DNA of 64,000 nt from Trueperaceae bacterium (GCA_034520945.1 JAXHNB010000006.1:922677-986676); one strand, 5' to 3'; positions 42,709-53,340 are shown, counted from the first letter of the stretch. The notes: generated by a model from the sequence alone, not told the origin. Made by a program: numbers and translations.

Positions 42709-45163
42709 CCGCCCGCACTTCCATCTTCTCCAAGTGGCCAGCTACCCTTCTGGCTAGCTCTTCGACTTCGTGCTCGATGGCGGGCAGCGGTTCCACGTAG
42801 CGTTCTTCGAGTTCCCGCACACGCCCTGCGAGCTGGTTGGTTATGCGTTCAACCTCGGCGTCTATAGCGGCGCGGATGTCTTCCAACCACTTGTCATCCA
42901 CGGTCAGGGTCTTGATCTCGTCCTCGGTCAGTTCGCCGTAGCGTGCCAGCACAGTCTGGTTGAGCTCGGCCTCGGCTTGCTTCATGGCCTTCTTGGCGCT
43001 GGCTTCGGCGTCCAGCAGCTTCTTGCACTGCTTGAGGGCGGTGATTTCGTCGTCACTGTCCAGCTCCCCATCGAGGGCTTTGAGACGCTTTGGGATCTCT
43101 GTTTTGGTCACGTTGCCCTTGTCGTTCTTGATTTCGCTCAGTAGGTCCTCTTCGCCGTCCTGTTCTTCAATGAACTCCTCCAGCTCGCGGGTGGCGGTCT
43201 CGTGCGCGGCTTGGAGTTCTTCGATTTGGGCCTGTTCGCTTGCGAAGTAGCGGGCGATGACCAGCTCGGGCGGGATCAGGTCCAGCTTGTACTTCCGGGC
43301 TTTCTTGCCGTTGCCGATGGTGAGGTCGGGCTCTTCCTTGATCTTGCGTTCCTTGTTCTCGATTACGCCGCGGGGCCGGGCTGCTTCCTGCCAGCCGTCG
43401 GCGGCGATGAGGTAGACATCGTCTTGCATGACCTCGGCCCAGTAGTCCATCAACCGTTGGTAGACGGCGTAGCGGTCCAGCAGGGGTACGTCAGTGAAGC
43501 GCTGGAGCAGGTCTTGGGATAGCGCGTGGATCACCTCTCGTGGCTTGTTGTCCTGCTCCAGGGCCAGCAAGGCCGCTCTGTGGGCGGTTTGCCACTGATC
43601 GATGACCTGGGTGACGGTGTCCGCGAAGGCCTTGAAGGCGGGATGCGCCAGCACCGTGGGTTTCACCTGCTGAGTCGCTACGCGTGGCTCAAGGTAGCCG
43701 TGCCGGCCGTTGTCCTGGAAGAGCGCGTCTCGTAGGCCGGGCAGTACAGTCCAGTAGGGCTGGAGCGCGTCCACGTCGTGCTTGGGGATGCCGCCGTTCA
43801 GGTGGGCGTACAGGTCGTGCAGGTCTTCGGGTTCGCTGGTGTCGATGTAGCGTGGGATGTTGAGGTTGTAGTCGTTGGCGTCACTGGCGATTTCGGCGGG
43901 CGGCACCATGCGGGAATAGCGTGGCACTTCGCGCTGGTGGTTGAACGTGTCGACGATCTTGTGGATGTCGCGGGAGCGTAGGCGGTTCTTATTGCCGTCC
44001 TTCATGAATTCGTGGCTGGCGTCGATCATGAAGATGCCGCCGGTTTCCGGATCCTGGCGGTTGCTGGCGTGTTCCTTGTCGATGACGAGGATGCAGGCGG
44101 GGATGCCGGTACCGTAGAACAGGTTGGGTGGCAGCCCGATGATGCCTTTGATCAGCCCGCGTTGGACCAGGTTGCGGCGGATGTCGGCCTCTTTGTGGCC
44201 GCGGAACAGTACGCCGTGGGGCAGGATGATGGCGCCTTTGCCCGTGGATTTTAGGGACTTGATGAGGTGCAGGAGGAAGGCGTAGTCGCCGTTCTTGGCC
44301 GGGGGAATGCCGTACTCGAAGCGGTTGAACTCCTCGTTGGCTGGGTCCAGGCCGTTGGTCCATGACTTGGCGGAGAAGGGTGGGTTCGCGACAGCGAAGT
44401 CGAAGGCCTTGAGGCTGCCGTTCGGGTTCTTGAAGTACGGCGCCGAGAGGGTGTTGCCTCGCCATAGTTCAGCCGTCGGGTAGTCGTGGAGAATCATGTT
44501 CATCTTCGCCAGCGCCCAGGTGGCGTTGTCGTTTTCTTGGCCGTAGATGCTCATGCCCTTGGACGCTTCGTTGGCTGCGCGCAGTAGGAGCGAGCCCGAT
44601 CCGCAGGTGGGGTCGTAGAGGGTGTGGTCTTGGCGGGTGTGTGGGCCGACGCCGACCACTTGGGCGATCACGCGGGAGACTTCCGCGGGCGTGTAGAACT
44701 GGCCCTTGCTTTTGCCGGCTTCGGTGGCGAAGTGGCGCATGAGGTATTCGTAGGCGTCGCCTAGGAGGTCGTCTCCATCCGTGCGGTTTGCGCCGAGGTC
44801 GAGTTGGTCGAAGATGGACACGAGCTTGGAGAGGCGGTCTTGCATGTCTTTGCCGGCGCCGAGTTTGGTTTCGTCGTTAAAGTCGGCTTGGTCGATGACG
44901 CCCTTGAGGTCGTTGGCTTCGGCGAGCCGGCCGATGATCTTGTTGATCTTGTCGCCGATCTCCTTGTCGCCCTTGAGGGCGACCATGTCCTGGAAGCTGC
45001 CTCCTTCCGGGACTTCGATCAGCGAGTCCCGCTTGTCGGAGACGTACTTCATGAACAGAAGGGTCAGGATGTAGTCCTTGTACTGCGAGGCGTCCATGCC
45101 GCCGCGCAGCTCGTCGCAGCTTTGCCAGAGGGAACTGTAGAGTTGGGACTTCTTGATGGCCAT
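42695..45163 (-). CDS. hsdM: Type I R-M N6-adenine methyltransferase subunit
   Basis: MAIKKSQLYSSLWQSCDELRGGMDASQY, GQFYTP, YDPTCGSG, ANPPF, LPHGVLFRG. Confidence 0.97.
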   Translation of the reverse strand: MAIKKSQLYSSLWQSCDELRGGMDASQYKDYILTLLFMKYVSDKRDSLIEVPEGGSFQDMVALKGDKEIGDKINKIIGRLAEANDLKGVIDQADFNDETKLGAGKDMQDRLSKLVSIFDQLDLGANRTDGDDLLGDAYEYLMRHFATEAGKSKGQFYTPAEVSRVIAQVVGVGPHTRQDHTLYDPTCGSGSLLLRAANEASKGMSIYGQENDNATWALAKMNMILHDYPTAELWRGNTLSAPYFKNPNGSLKAFDFAVANPPFSAKSWTNGLDPANEEFNRFEYGIPPAKNGDYAFLLHLIKSLKSTGKGAIILPHGVLFRGHKEADIRRNLVQRGLIKGIIGLPPNLFYGTGIPACILVIDKEHASNRQDPETGGIFMIDASHEFMKDGNKNRLRSRDIHKIVDTFNHQREVPRYSRMVPPAEIASDANDYNLNIPRYIDTSEPEDLHDLYAHLNGGIPKHDVDALQPYWTVLPGLRDALFQDNGRHGYLEPRVATQQVKPTVLAHPAFKAFADTVTQVIDQWQTAHRAALLALEQDNKPREVIHALSQDLLQRFTDVPLLDRYAVYQRLMDYWAEVMQDDVYLIAADGWQEAARPRGVIENKERKIKEEPDLTIGNGKKARKYKLDLIPPELVIARYFASEQAQIEELQAAHETATRELEEFIEEQDGEEDLLSEIKNDKGNVTKTEIPKRLKALDGELDSDDEITALKQCKKLLDAEASAKKAMKQAEAELNQTVLARYGELTEDEIKTLTVDDKWLEDIRAAIDAEVERITNQLAGRVRELEERYVEPLPAIEHEVEELARRVAGHLEKMEVRADVGT

Positions 45164-45482
45164 CGTTTTGGCACCCCAAGCCAGGCGTGTGTGAAATCGG
45201 TCGCCGGTTTCTACCCAAGATCGCATGCAGTTGGCGCAGCCGTCTATGGCTTTCTGGATCGGCAGTATCACTCTGCAATGCGCCGAGTCCGCCAAGCAGC
45301 GATGGTGGTGCCCATATTGCTGGGGCCAGCTCAAGTAATTGGAGTTCCCGCTGCCGCGTGGACCATGTGACTGCTTCTTGTAGGTCCGAGACGGGAAGGG
45401 CTGGCTGAGCTTCGCCCTAGCTGGCTGGCTATCGGGAGCACACTGGGCCGCCTTGCCGTAACGCAAGGTCTGGTCCTGCTGC

Positions 45483-46538
45483 TTACAGTTGCCGGGCCAA
45501 CGACGCTCCGAACGACAGCATCACCGCCCACATCACAGCTGAAGTCAGGCAACTGCTGCTATTCCTTGCGGATTGCGCGGCTTGAACTCCTTGCGTTGCG
45601 GTACTCGCCTTAAGAACACCTTCAATGGCGCGGGCGTGCTTCAGCCGATTCTTTTGCTCTACGGTTGGTTCCTCGCGGACCATGGATTCAGCCAGCCGCC
45701 TATCGTACTTTGCCATTTCAAGCGGCGTAATGCCATGCGAGCCCCTTGCCGATACATCTGCGCCTGCGAGCAATAGAGAACCAATGACAGACAAATTGTG
45801 GTCGTCTCCGGGCATCGAAGTCGCAGCGACGTGCAACGCGGTTTGACCTTGATCGTTCCGAAGCTCAAGTCCACATTGCTTGCTGAGGTCTACGATCGCT
45901 TGCAGCACATTCAGATTACCAAATCCGACACCGGCAACCAACATGAGTGGTGTGAATCCGTTTGAATCGTAGCTGCAGGGATCAATGCCGGATACCGCGA
46001 GCTCCCTGATTGCTGGGGAAAGGTCTGTTACCTGCAAGCCCTGCGTTCCGATAGCGCTCGCCGCAATTAAGGTGTGATAGGGCGTGGTTGCAGGTTTCGG
46101 CCTACCGAGGCCCGCATTGGCATGCACGAGAGATTGCACGGCGTCTGCTGTGTACGCAAAGTACAGAGCAGTTTGGCCGCCTTCATTTACCGCAGTTGGA
46201 TTTGCACCAGCGTCAAGGAGCGCTTGGACTCCATGGGAATTTCCCGTATTTGCCGCTGCACAGTGCAGTGCCGAGAACCCGCGCTTGTACCCCGACATTG
46301 CTGGGGCTGTCGAATCGTTGGGATCCGCGCCTGCTTCAAGGAGGATCTCCAGTACTTCTGGGTTTGGATTCGTCTCCGCTGCGTGCATAAGGACCGTGTA
46401 TTGCGTTTGGGGATCGCGAGCCTTCACATCCGCCCCCGCACTAATAAGATCGCGGATGGTGTCGTCGTTACCCATTTTGGCAGCTTCAAGCAGTCGCCTC
46501 GAAAGCAGTTGCCTCGAATTCTGATCCTGCTCACTCAT
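45483..46538 (-). CDS. Ankyrin-repeat protein with C-terminal hydrophobic tail
   Basis: Repeated TVLMHAA/SALHCAA/GQTALY/GFTPLM/GQTALHVAA and LL.AGAD motifs; AAGGAGG RBS. Confidence 0.9.
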   Translation of the reverse strand: MSEQDQNSRQLLSRRLLEAAKMGNDDTIRDLISAGADVKARDPQTQYTVLMHAAETNPNPEVLEILLEAGADPNDSTAPAMSGYKRGFSALHCAAANTGNSHGVQALLDAGANPTAVNEGGQTALYFAYTADAVQSLVHANAGLGRPKPATTPYHTLIAASAIGTQGLQVTDLSPAIRELAVSGIDPCSYDSNGFTPLMLVAGVGFGNLNVLQAIVDLSKQCGLELRNDQGQTALHVAATSMPGDDHNLSVIGSLLLAGADVSARGSHGITPLEMAKYDRRLAESMVREEPTVEQKNRLKHARAIEGVLKASTATQGVQAAQSARNSSSCLTSAVMWAVMLSFGASLARQL

Positions 46539-46722
46539 TGCTGCCTCCTTCGGCGCGCGCGTCCACGATGACACGTGTGCACCTGCGCTAGTGGCGTTCC
46601 AGTGCATCCGCAACGTTCTCGACGTGGTCGTCGGCACGCACAGCAAGGTTCAACACACCGTTTTCGCGGCCAGCGAGACCTAGGCAGGAGCATCAGCTGT
46701 GCAGGCATGCGATTATGCGACC

Positions 46723-46917
46723 GTGGCGCCTAAGCGGCAAGATGATCACGAGGATTCGAGTCTTCGTTCGCGTCTGGAAAAGGGCGAGGGAAAACAGCTC
46801 AACGTGGTGATTCCTGCCGATCTTCACAAGCGCTTGAAGGTGCAGTCCGTTCTGGAAGACGCTTCAATGTCCGAGATCGTTGCGGATGCGCTTCGGAAGC
46901 ATTTGAACGAGTACTGA
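46723..46917 (+). CDS. ParG-like ribbon-helix-helix protein
   Basis: KQLNVVIPADLHKRLKVQSVLEDASMSEIVADALRKHL. Confidence 0.8.
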   Translation: MAPKRQDDHEDSSLRSRLEKGEGKQLNVVIPADLHKRLKVQSVLEDASMSEIVADALRKHLNEY

Positions 46918-47077
46918 GAGCTGTGTCCCAGGCGAATGAGGCAATCGTCGCCAACATTCCTAGGCACCCCATGTCACAACATGTATAGTCACATAGGAGG
47001 CGGGACGTACCGCTCTCAAAAGTTGACCCCGCGCCAGGCCTGGTAACCGACGACGCGGGGGAGAGGCAGGACCCCTC

Positions 47078-48085
47078 ATGCGTGAGAATAGCGCCGGAAT
47101 CTCTAGTTCGCGAGCGGCGGTCGGCGGAGACGCCGTAGGCAGTGTCTTGGATCGTCAGTTGGGAACGCTCGCTCTACGCGCTCGTGACTGGGCGGGTCTG
47201 AGTGATGGCGACCTGAAGCGCCGCGCTGCTGCCGCTGCCAACGCACGCGACGTCGCGGAATTGTGGGGCCTCGTCGAGGCTCACTTGGTCACGAAGGGGG
47301 GCGCCGGAGTCCGCATCAGCGCTCACACGCTGCGCAATTACAGGCGTGGCCTACTAGATCTCGTTGTTGCGTGGCAGGGCGAGAATCTCCTGCGGCCGAC
47401 TAGAGATGCGGCGGACCTGTATGTCACCCACCTTGGCGAGCGCTTGGCGCCCGGCACGGTGCGGGTGAAGATCGCGGCCGCGCGAGCGCTCTACAAGGCC
47501 CTTCGGTGGGCGGGGGCGACGGAACTCCGGCCCTTCGAGGATGTCGTCTTGCTACGCGATCCTACAGCGGCGTGGGACAAGCGGCAGCCCTACACTGGCG
47601 AGGAGGTCAGCCGCCTGTTGGCCGTCGCAGAGCCCACGGACCGCGTTCTGGTGCTTCTCGGCGCCCACGCCGGCCTCCGCGTCAGTGAGATCGTCGCCCT
47701 CGCTTGGGGCGACGTCGATCTTGACGACGCTGTGTTGCGAGTATCACGCGGCAAGGGCGGCAAGGCAGGCGTCGTCCACCTCAGCGGGACGACGGTCGAT
47801 GCGTTGAACGCGATCGCGGCCACTCGCCGCCAGCGCGGCTTCGTCATGCCCTTCCGGAGCACGCAGCGGGCGTACCCGCGGATTCAGCGCCTGGCTGTGC
47901 GCGCTGGACTGGGGCGCGGCAAGGGGCTTCACGCCCTACGCCACTACTGCGGGACCAGGGTTGCGACGGAGCAGGGGTTGGAGGCGGCGCAGCAGCACCT
48001 TCGGCATTCGAACCTGGCGACGACGCAGACGTACGCGAAGTGGCGAGAGCGTATTCGGATCAAGGAGATGGTGGCGCAATGGTGA
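47078..48085 (+). CDS. XerC-like tyrosine recombinase (resolvase type, no arm-binding domain)
   Basis: SAHTLRNY, AGLRVSE, GKGGK, HALRH, LRHSNLATTQTY (R-K-H-R-H-Y intact). Confidence 0.93.
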   Translation: MRENSAGISSSRAAVGGDAVGSVLDRQLGTLALRARDWAGLSDGDLKRRAAAAANARDVAELWGLVEAHLVTKGGAGVRISAHTLRNYRRGLLDLVVAWQGENLLRPTRDAADLYVTHLGERLAPGTVRVKIAAARALYKALRWAGATELRPFEDVVLLRDPTAAWDKRQPYTGEEVSRLLAVAEPTDRVLVLLGAHAGLRVSEIVALAWGDVDLDDAVLRVSRGKGGKAGVVHLSGTTVDALNAIAATRRQRGFVMPFRSTQRAYPRIQRLAVRAGLGRGKGLHALRHYCGTRVATEQGLEAAQQHLRHSNLATTQTYAKWRERIRIKEMVAQW

Positions 48086-48104
48086 GAAGTTTGGTTGTCA
48101 CAAC
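48079..48104 (+). repeat. Candidate tyrosine-recombinase site (right end of nested cassette)
   Basis: ATGGTGAGAA-GTTTGG-TTGTCACAAC overlapping the recombinase stop; right arm identical to 32724-32733. Confidence 0.55.
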
Positions 48105-48227
48105 GGAACGTGGCCAGTTCAAAGAGGTGCGCGACGAACCGTCTTCCGTGGCGTCGTTCGGTGGAGGGGTGCATAGGGGACGTCCCACCCCCGGCCATTT
48201 ACATGACAGGGGCAGGAGGGTGACGTC

Positions 48228-49454
48228 GTGAGTCGCTACATCCGTGTCGACCGTGGCTCGGGGAGTCGTAGCGGCCAGCTGCTCCGTCATGAGACAGATC
48301 CGAAGCGCTGGCAGGTGCGCGTGTACTTGGGACGTGATCCCGGAGGACGCAAGCGGTACGTGACCAAGACCGTCCGCGGGACGAAGCGCGATGCCGAGGC
48401 TGCGCTGATCGATCTCCTTCGGGAGAAGAATGGTGGCAGCCTCGCCCCGCGCACCCAGATCACGTTGGCCGAGCTCGCTGACGAATGGCTGCGGCACAAG
48501 GTGCGCGATGTGGGACCTCGTACTCTGGGTGGCTACCGCGAGGCTCTGCAGCGGTATGTGCTTCCCAGTCTCGGGATGACCAAGATCGTCGACTTGTCGT
48601 TGAGAGACGTCGATTGGCTCATTGGGCTCATGCTGTCTGGCGAGCTACCCCAGCCCGAAGGTCCGTACGGCATCTCCGGCGAGCCGCTGGGTGGGCGCAC
48701 GGTTCGCCAGGCTCACTCCGCGCTGTCACAGGCGTTGGCGCTGGCGATTCGCTGGGGCTGGTTGGCCCACAACCCGGCAAGGGAGGCGACCTTACCTCCA
48801 TACAATCCGAAACGCCCGACACCGCTTTCACCGGACGAGCGTCGGCGATTCCTAAAAGCATGCAACAGCAGCTTCTACGGTGGCCTGTACCACCTGCTGA
48901 TCGACACGGGCCTTCGACCGGGGGAGGCCATGGCTTTGAAATGGGAAGATGTCGATCTGGCGCGAAAGTCCATCCGAGCAGTGCAAAGCGTTACGCGGGG
49001 GTCCGCGGGCGAGCCGGTCTTCACAGATCCAAAGACTCCTCGGAGCCGGCGGACAATCCCCATGCTTGATGGGCTGCGCGATCGGCTGCTTGCACATCGC
49101 GAATGGCAGAGGAGCCACGGGCTTGATGCCACTGGCCTCGTGTTCACGACATCGGAAGGTCGCCCGTTGCGCCCGTGGACGTTCACGCGCCGGGACTTGA
49201 AGCGGACAGCGACGCGCGCGGGCATTACGAAGACCGTGACAATGTACGTGCTCCGCCACACGTTTGCCACGCTCCACCTTGCAACGGGGACGCCGCTCAA
49301 GGGCGTGTCTGACCTCATGGGCCATTCAACGATTCAGCAGACGGCCGATACGTACATGCACGCCGACGTCTCGATGACCGAGGATTGGATGGCACGCTTC
49401 GGGAAGACCCTCGACGCATGGGACGACCTGGCAGAGCGAACGCCCCCCAACTAG
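48228..49454 (+). CDS. Site-specific tyrosine integrase with N-terminal arm-binding domain
   Basis: WQVRVYLGRDP.GRKRY...GTKRDAE; TGLRPGE, PKT, LRHTFAT, MGHSTIQQTADTY; ~830 bp from the tRNA att. Confidence 0.95.
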   Translation: MSRYIRVDRGSGSRSGQLLRHETDPKRWQVRVYLGRDPGGRKRYVTKTVRGTKRDAEAALIDLLREKNGGSLAPRTQITLAELADEWLRHKVRDVGPRTLGGYREALQRYVLPSLGMTKIVDLSLRDVDWLIGLMLSGELPQPEGPYGISGEPLGGRTVRQAHSALSQALALAIRWGWLAHNPAREATLPPYNPKRPTPLSPDERRRFLKACNSSFYGGLYHLLIDTGLRPGEAMALKWEDVDLARKSIRAVQSVTRGSAGEPVFTDPKTPRSRRTIPMLDGLRDRLLAHREWQRSHGLDATGLVFTTSEGRPLRPWTFTRRDLKRTATRAGITKTVTMYVLRHTFATLHLATGTPLKGVSDLMGHSTIQQTADTYMHADVSMTEDWMARFGKTLDAWDDLAERTPPN

Positions 49455-49498
49455 GGCGTGTTCACGCTGCCGAGTAGGTCTGCAGTGTGAACACGCCC
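49454..49498. mobile_element. 45-bp MITE-like remnant made of two IS5 right ends
   Basis: TA-GGGCGTGTTCACGCTGCCGAGTAGGTCTGCAGTGTGAACACGCCC-TA; both arms match the IS5 right end at 28384-28413. Confidence 0.85.
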
Positions 49499-49623
49499 TA
49501 GTCGAAGCGGCTTGCGGATCCACGAACCTGAATGAGATGCCTATCAGACTACCTTACGGCCCCCAGGTCGTGGGATATACCCGGTAGCCAGGTACGCAGG
49601 TAGTCATACGGCTTGCCTAGCCG

Positions 49624-49875
49624 TCATTCACTCGAAAGCGCCTTTAGGGCAATGCGAGCAGGTGTTGGCCTGCCCTCGCGACTATCCTGCGCGTCAGCAT
49701 GGACGCTTATGGCTTCGAGAGCAGCGCGCATACGCTGCGTATTGGCCTGGAGGTGCCTGAGCTCCGCGACAGCGTCTCGGATCTCACTAGCGTTGTCTGG
49801 GTTGATATCGGCCGCTTGGTACTCGATGTAGTCGGCAAGGTCTCGGAGCGAGTCCACCTTCTCTTCTAGGCTCAT
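49624..49875 (-). CDS. Small helical hypothetical protein
   Basis: MSLEEKVDSLRDLADYIEYQAADI... amphipathic heptad pattern. Confidence 0.6.
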   Translation of the reverse strand: MSLEEKVDSLRDLADYIEYQAADINPDNASEIRDAVAELRHLQANTQRMRAALEAISVHADAQDSREGRPTPARIALKALSSE

Positions 49876-50196
49876 GGTTCGAAATGGTGACACACGCGCG
49901 GTGCGGCATGCACGCGCGTCCTGCCCTTGGCCTGCCCAATCGCTGCCTATCGGTCAGGGTACGTGTAGGGATCCCGCTCAACCAGCGCCGGCGTCACTGC
50001 ACCCTGGGGGTGCTCACCCCAGTAAAGTGGGAAACCCAGTACGCTCGCAGGACGGCGCCCGCATGGCCCAAGGCGCCCAAGCCCGGTCCACCTTGCCGGG
50101 GGAGGACCACAAGGTCTCCCACAGGTAGCAGGCACGGGCTACGCCGTTTCCAGCATGGTCACATTGGGCAATCCCATCGACTGCGGAAGACGAAGC

Positions 50197-50217
50197 CGAC
50201 ACACCATCGACACACCA
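50197..50217 (+). repeat. Candidate integrase arm-binding sites (right)
   Basis: CGACACACCA-T-CGACACACCA tandem, identical to 14174-14183. Confidence 0.65.
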
Positions 50218-50287
50218 ATGCGGTCCATCCGCCGATACGTCCTGCGCCTTCGATGCGCAGAAACGGCGTCCTAGACGAATAAAATGA

Positions 50288-50364
50288 TGGTCGGGGCGGC
50301 AGGATTCGAACCTGCGACCCCCTGCTCCCAAAGCAGGTGCGCTACCAGGCTGCGCTACGCCCCG
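50288..50364 (-). tRNA. tRNA-Pro(TGG), integration target
   Basis: Cloverleaf, anticodon loop TTTGGGA, encoded CCA; upstream TTGACA-17-GAGACT. Confidence 0.98.
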
Positions 50365-50390
50365 ACGAGGCTCGCCCGCAGGCGAGCACC

Positions 50391-50920
50391 TCAAGTCTCC
50401 CGAGCGACCGCCCGGTTGTCAAGCGGCGACGTTCTGCCGCCGGACGCCTCCCGGAGCGCCAAGGTGCACCACGCTTGCATCTCCGGCTCCAGCTCCAGCC
50501 GGGCGAGGTCGTCGGGGCCGTACCAGCCGAGGCTGGGGTCCTCGTCGGCGCGGGGCAGGTGCCCGTCGTACGGCTCCAGAGGCCGCGCCAGGTAGATCAG
50601 GTCGATGTGTTCGTGACCGGGCCGGATGAGCTCGAGCTGTACCCCACGCGGGCGGCGCAATTGGCGCGGCCCAGGGGCGTCGATGGCGGTCTCGCCGCTG
50701 AGCACGACGTGGACGCCGGTCTCTTCGAGCACCTCTCGGACGGCGGCGTCGTCGGGGAGCTCGCCGGGCTCCACATGCCCGCCGGGGGGAAGCCAACGGT
50801 CCAGCTTGGCGTGCCGGTGCAGCAAGAGTCGGCCGCGCCACGCCACGAAGGCGGTGGCGCACCAGTCCCGTTCCGGCCCCGCGCCGCCCGCAGCGTTGCC
50901 CTCGAGACCGTCGCCCGACG

Positions 50921-50924
<4 letters not shown>
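50391..50924 (-). CDS. NUDIX hydrolase
   Basis: [30 protein letters not shown] overlaps the miaB stop. Confidence 0.92.
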
Positions 50925-52256
<1,332 letters not shown>

Positions 52257-52374
52257 GCGACACCTCCTCGAAGCCGAATTCCGGTCGGCCGCGCCGTCCG
52301 GGACGACGCACGAGGATACCAGCGGCTTCGCGCTGCGGGGAAGGCCGTGGGACGTACGCGGGCCTTCTGGACCG

Positions 52375-52584
52375 TCACGGGGTCCCGCCAGCTCCGAACA
52401 GACGGGGCACCACCCAGGACGCCAACACCAGCACGAAGCTGGCCACCGCCACCAGGAAGCCGAGCCCCATCGCGCCCGGCCAGCGGGCCCGCACGGCGGG
52501 CGCGGCGGACGCGGCGATCAGCAAGACCCCCAGCAGGAACGCCCACGCCGCCAGGCGGATGCCGGGCTCCCAGGTGGGGTTCAT
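52375..52584 (-). CDS. Small two-TM membrane protein
   Basis: [24 protein letters not shown]...[19 protein letters not shown]. Confidence 0.65.
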   Translation of the reverse strand: MNPTWEPGIRLAAWAFLLGVLLIAASAAPAVRARWPGAMGLGFLVAVASFVLVLASWVVPRLFGAGGTP

Positions 52585-52650
52585 GGCGCTTCGCGGTGAG
52601 TTCGTTGGGGGACGCCGCGTTCGGGCATGCGGCGAGGATACCGCCGCGGA

Positions 52651-52745
52651 GGTGCGAGACGCCACGCCGCGGGTAGGCTCAGACATGCCCGAGCGTCATG
52701 GCGCGCCCGACGCCCCCACCGTGCGTTCGTTCCGTGACGCCGTCG
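52651..52745 (+). repeat. Diverged duplicate of the promoter and first 20 codons of the Atl/MGMT gene
   Basis: Gap-free match to 53657-53751 at offset 1006; 29/37 and 29/31 identity in two blocks. Confidence 0.85.
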
Positions 52746-53211
52746 ACGTACGGGTAAGGCCGGCAACGCGAAGCGCATCGTCCACCGCTTCGACCGCGTC
52801 CTCAACCGTGCGCCGGAAGCCGCCGGCCACGCCGGGCGCGTCGGGAAGGGGGAGCCCCGACGCTTGCAGGACAAGGGAGTCACACGGATTGCCGTCGATC
52901 TCGATCGCGAGGGTGACCGTACCGCTCGCGAAGAGGTCATCCGGATCGGGGAACGGCGTCAGCACGGCCAACTCGCCACCGGGAAGGGTGGCGACGGCGA
53001 CCTCGTCGCCGCCGTGACGAGCCCGGATGTCCATGGCCGTTTCGGGAATCCCGCGGAGCACGGCGAGCGAGCCCGCGGCGACGTTCGACGCCGATGCCGA
53101 CACCTCGCAGTTCGAAGGTGTGCCGGCGTCGCCCCCCGGCCCAGCCCCCGTCGGTCCACAGGCAATTACGGTGGCGGCCACCACCAAAGCGATGATGAGC
53201 GTTTTCCCCAT
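52696..53211 (-). pseudogene. Lipoprotein gene, probably 3'-truncated
   Basis: MGKTLIIALVVAATVIAC lipobox; the frame runs into the duplicated segment at ~52745 and stops. Confidence 0.65.
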
Positions 53212-53340
53212 GCCAATGCTCCTCTCGTCATGGCGGCGGCATGCGCGCTTGCGGAACTTTATAACATCCCGTGTGTGCGGGGAGGCGGGCGGTATGTGGT
53301 GGTGCGCGCCACGGGCTTCCGCCGGCCGCCGTGTGAGGCC

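Larger units (their letters stand above)
14002..50335. mobile_element. ~36.3 kb integrative element in tRNA-Pro(TGG), satellite/IME-like
   Basis: 48-bp direct repeats, integrase near the intact tRNA, xis-like + primase/helicase at the other end, visibly lower GC cargo, IS and defence genes. Confidence 0.95.

Noticed and set aside
45164..45466. N-terminal extension of HsdM in the ORF track
   Set aside because: HsdM homology starts at MAIKKS (45163); the upstream sequence is not protein-like.
46971..46998. Chromosomal dif site (contains TGTATA)
   Set aside because: Flanks are not inverted arms and do not resemble XerC/XerD consensus; kept only as a half-site of the cassette motif.
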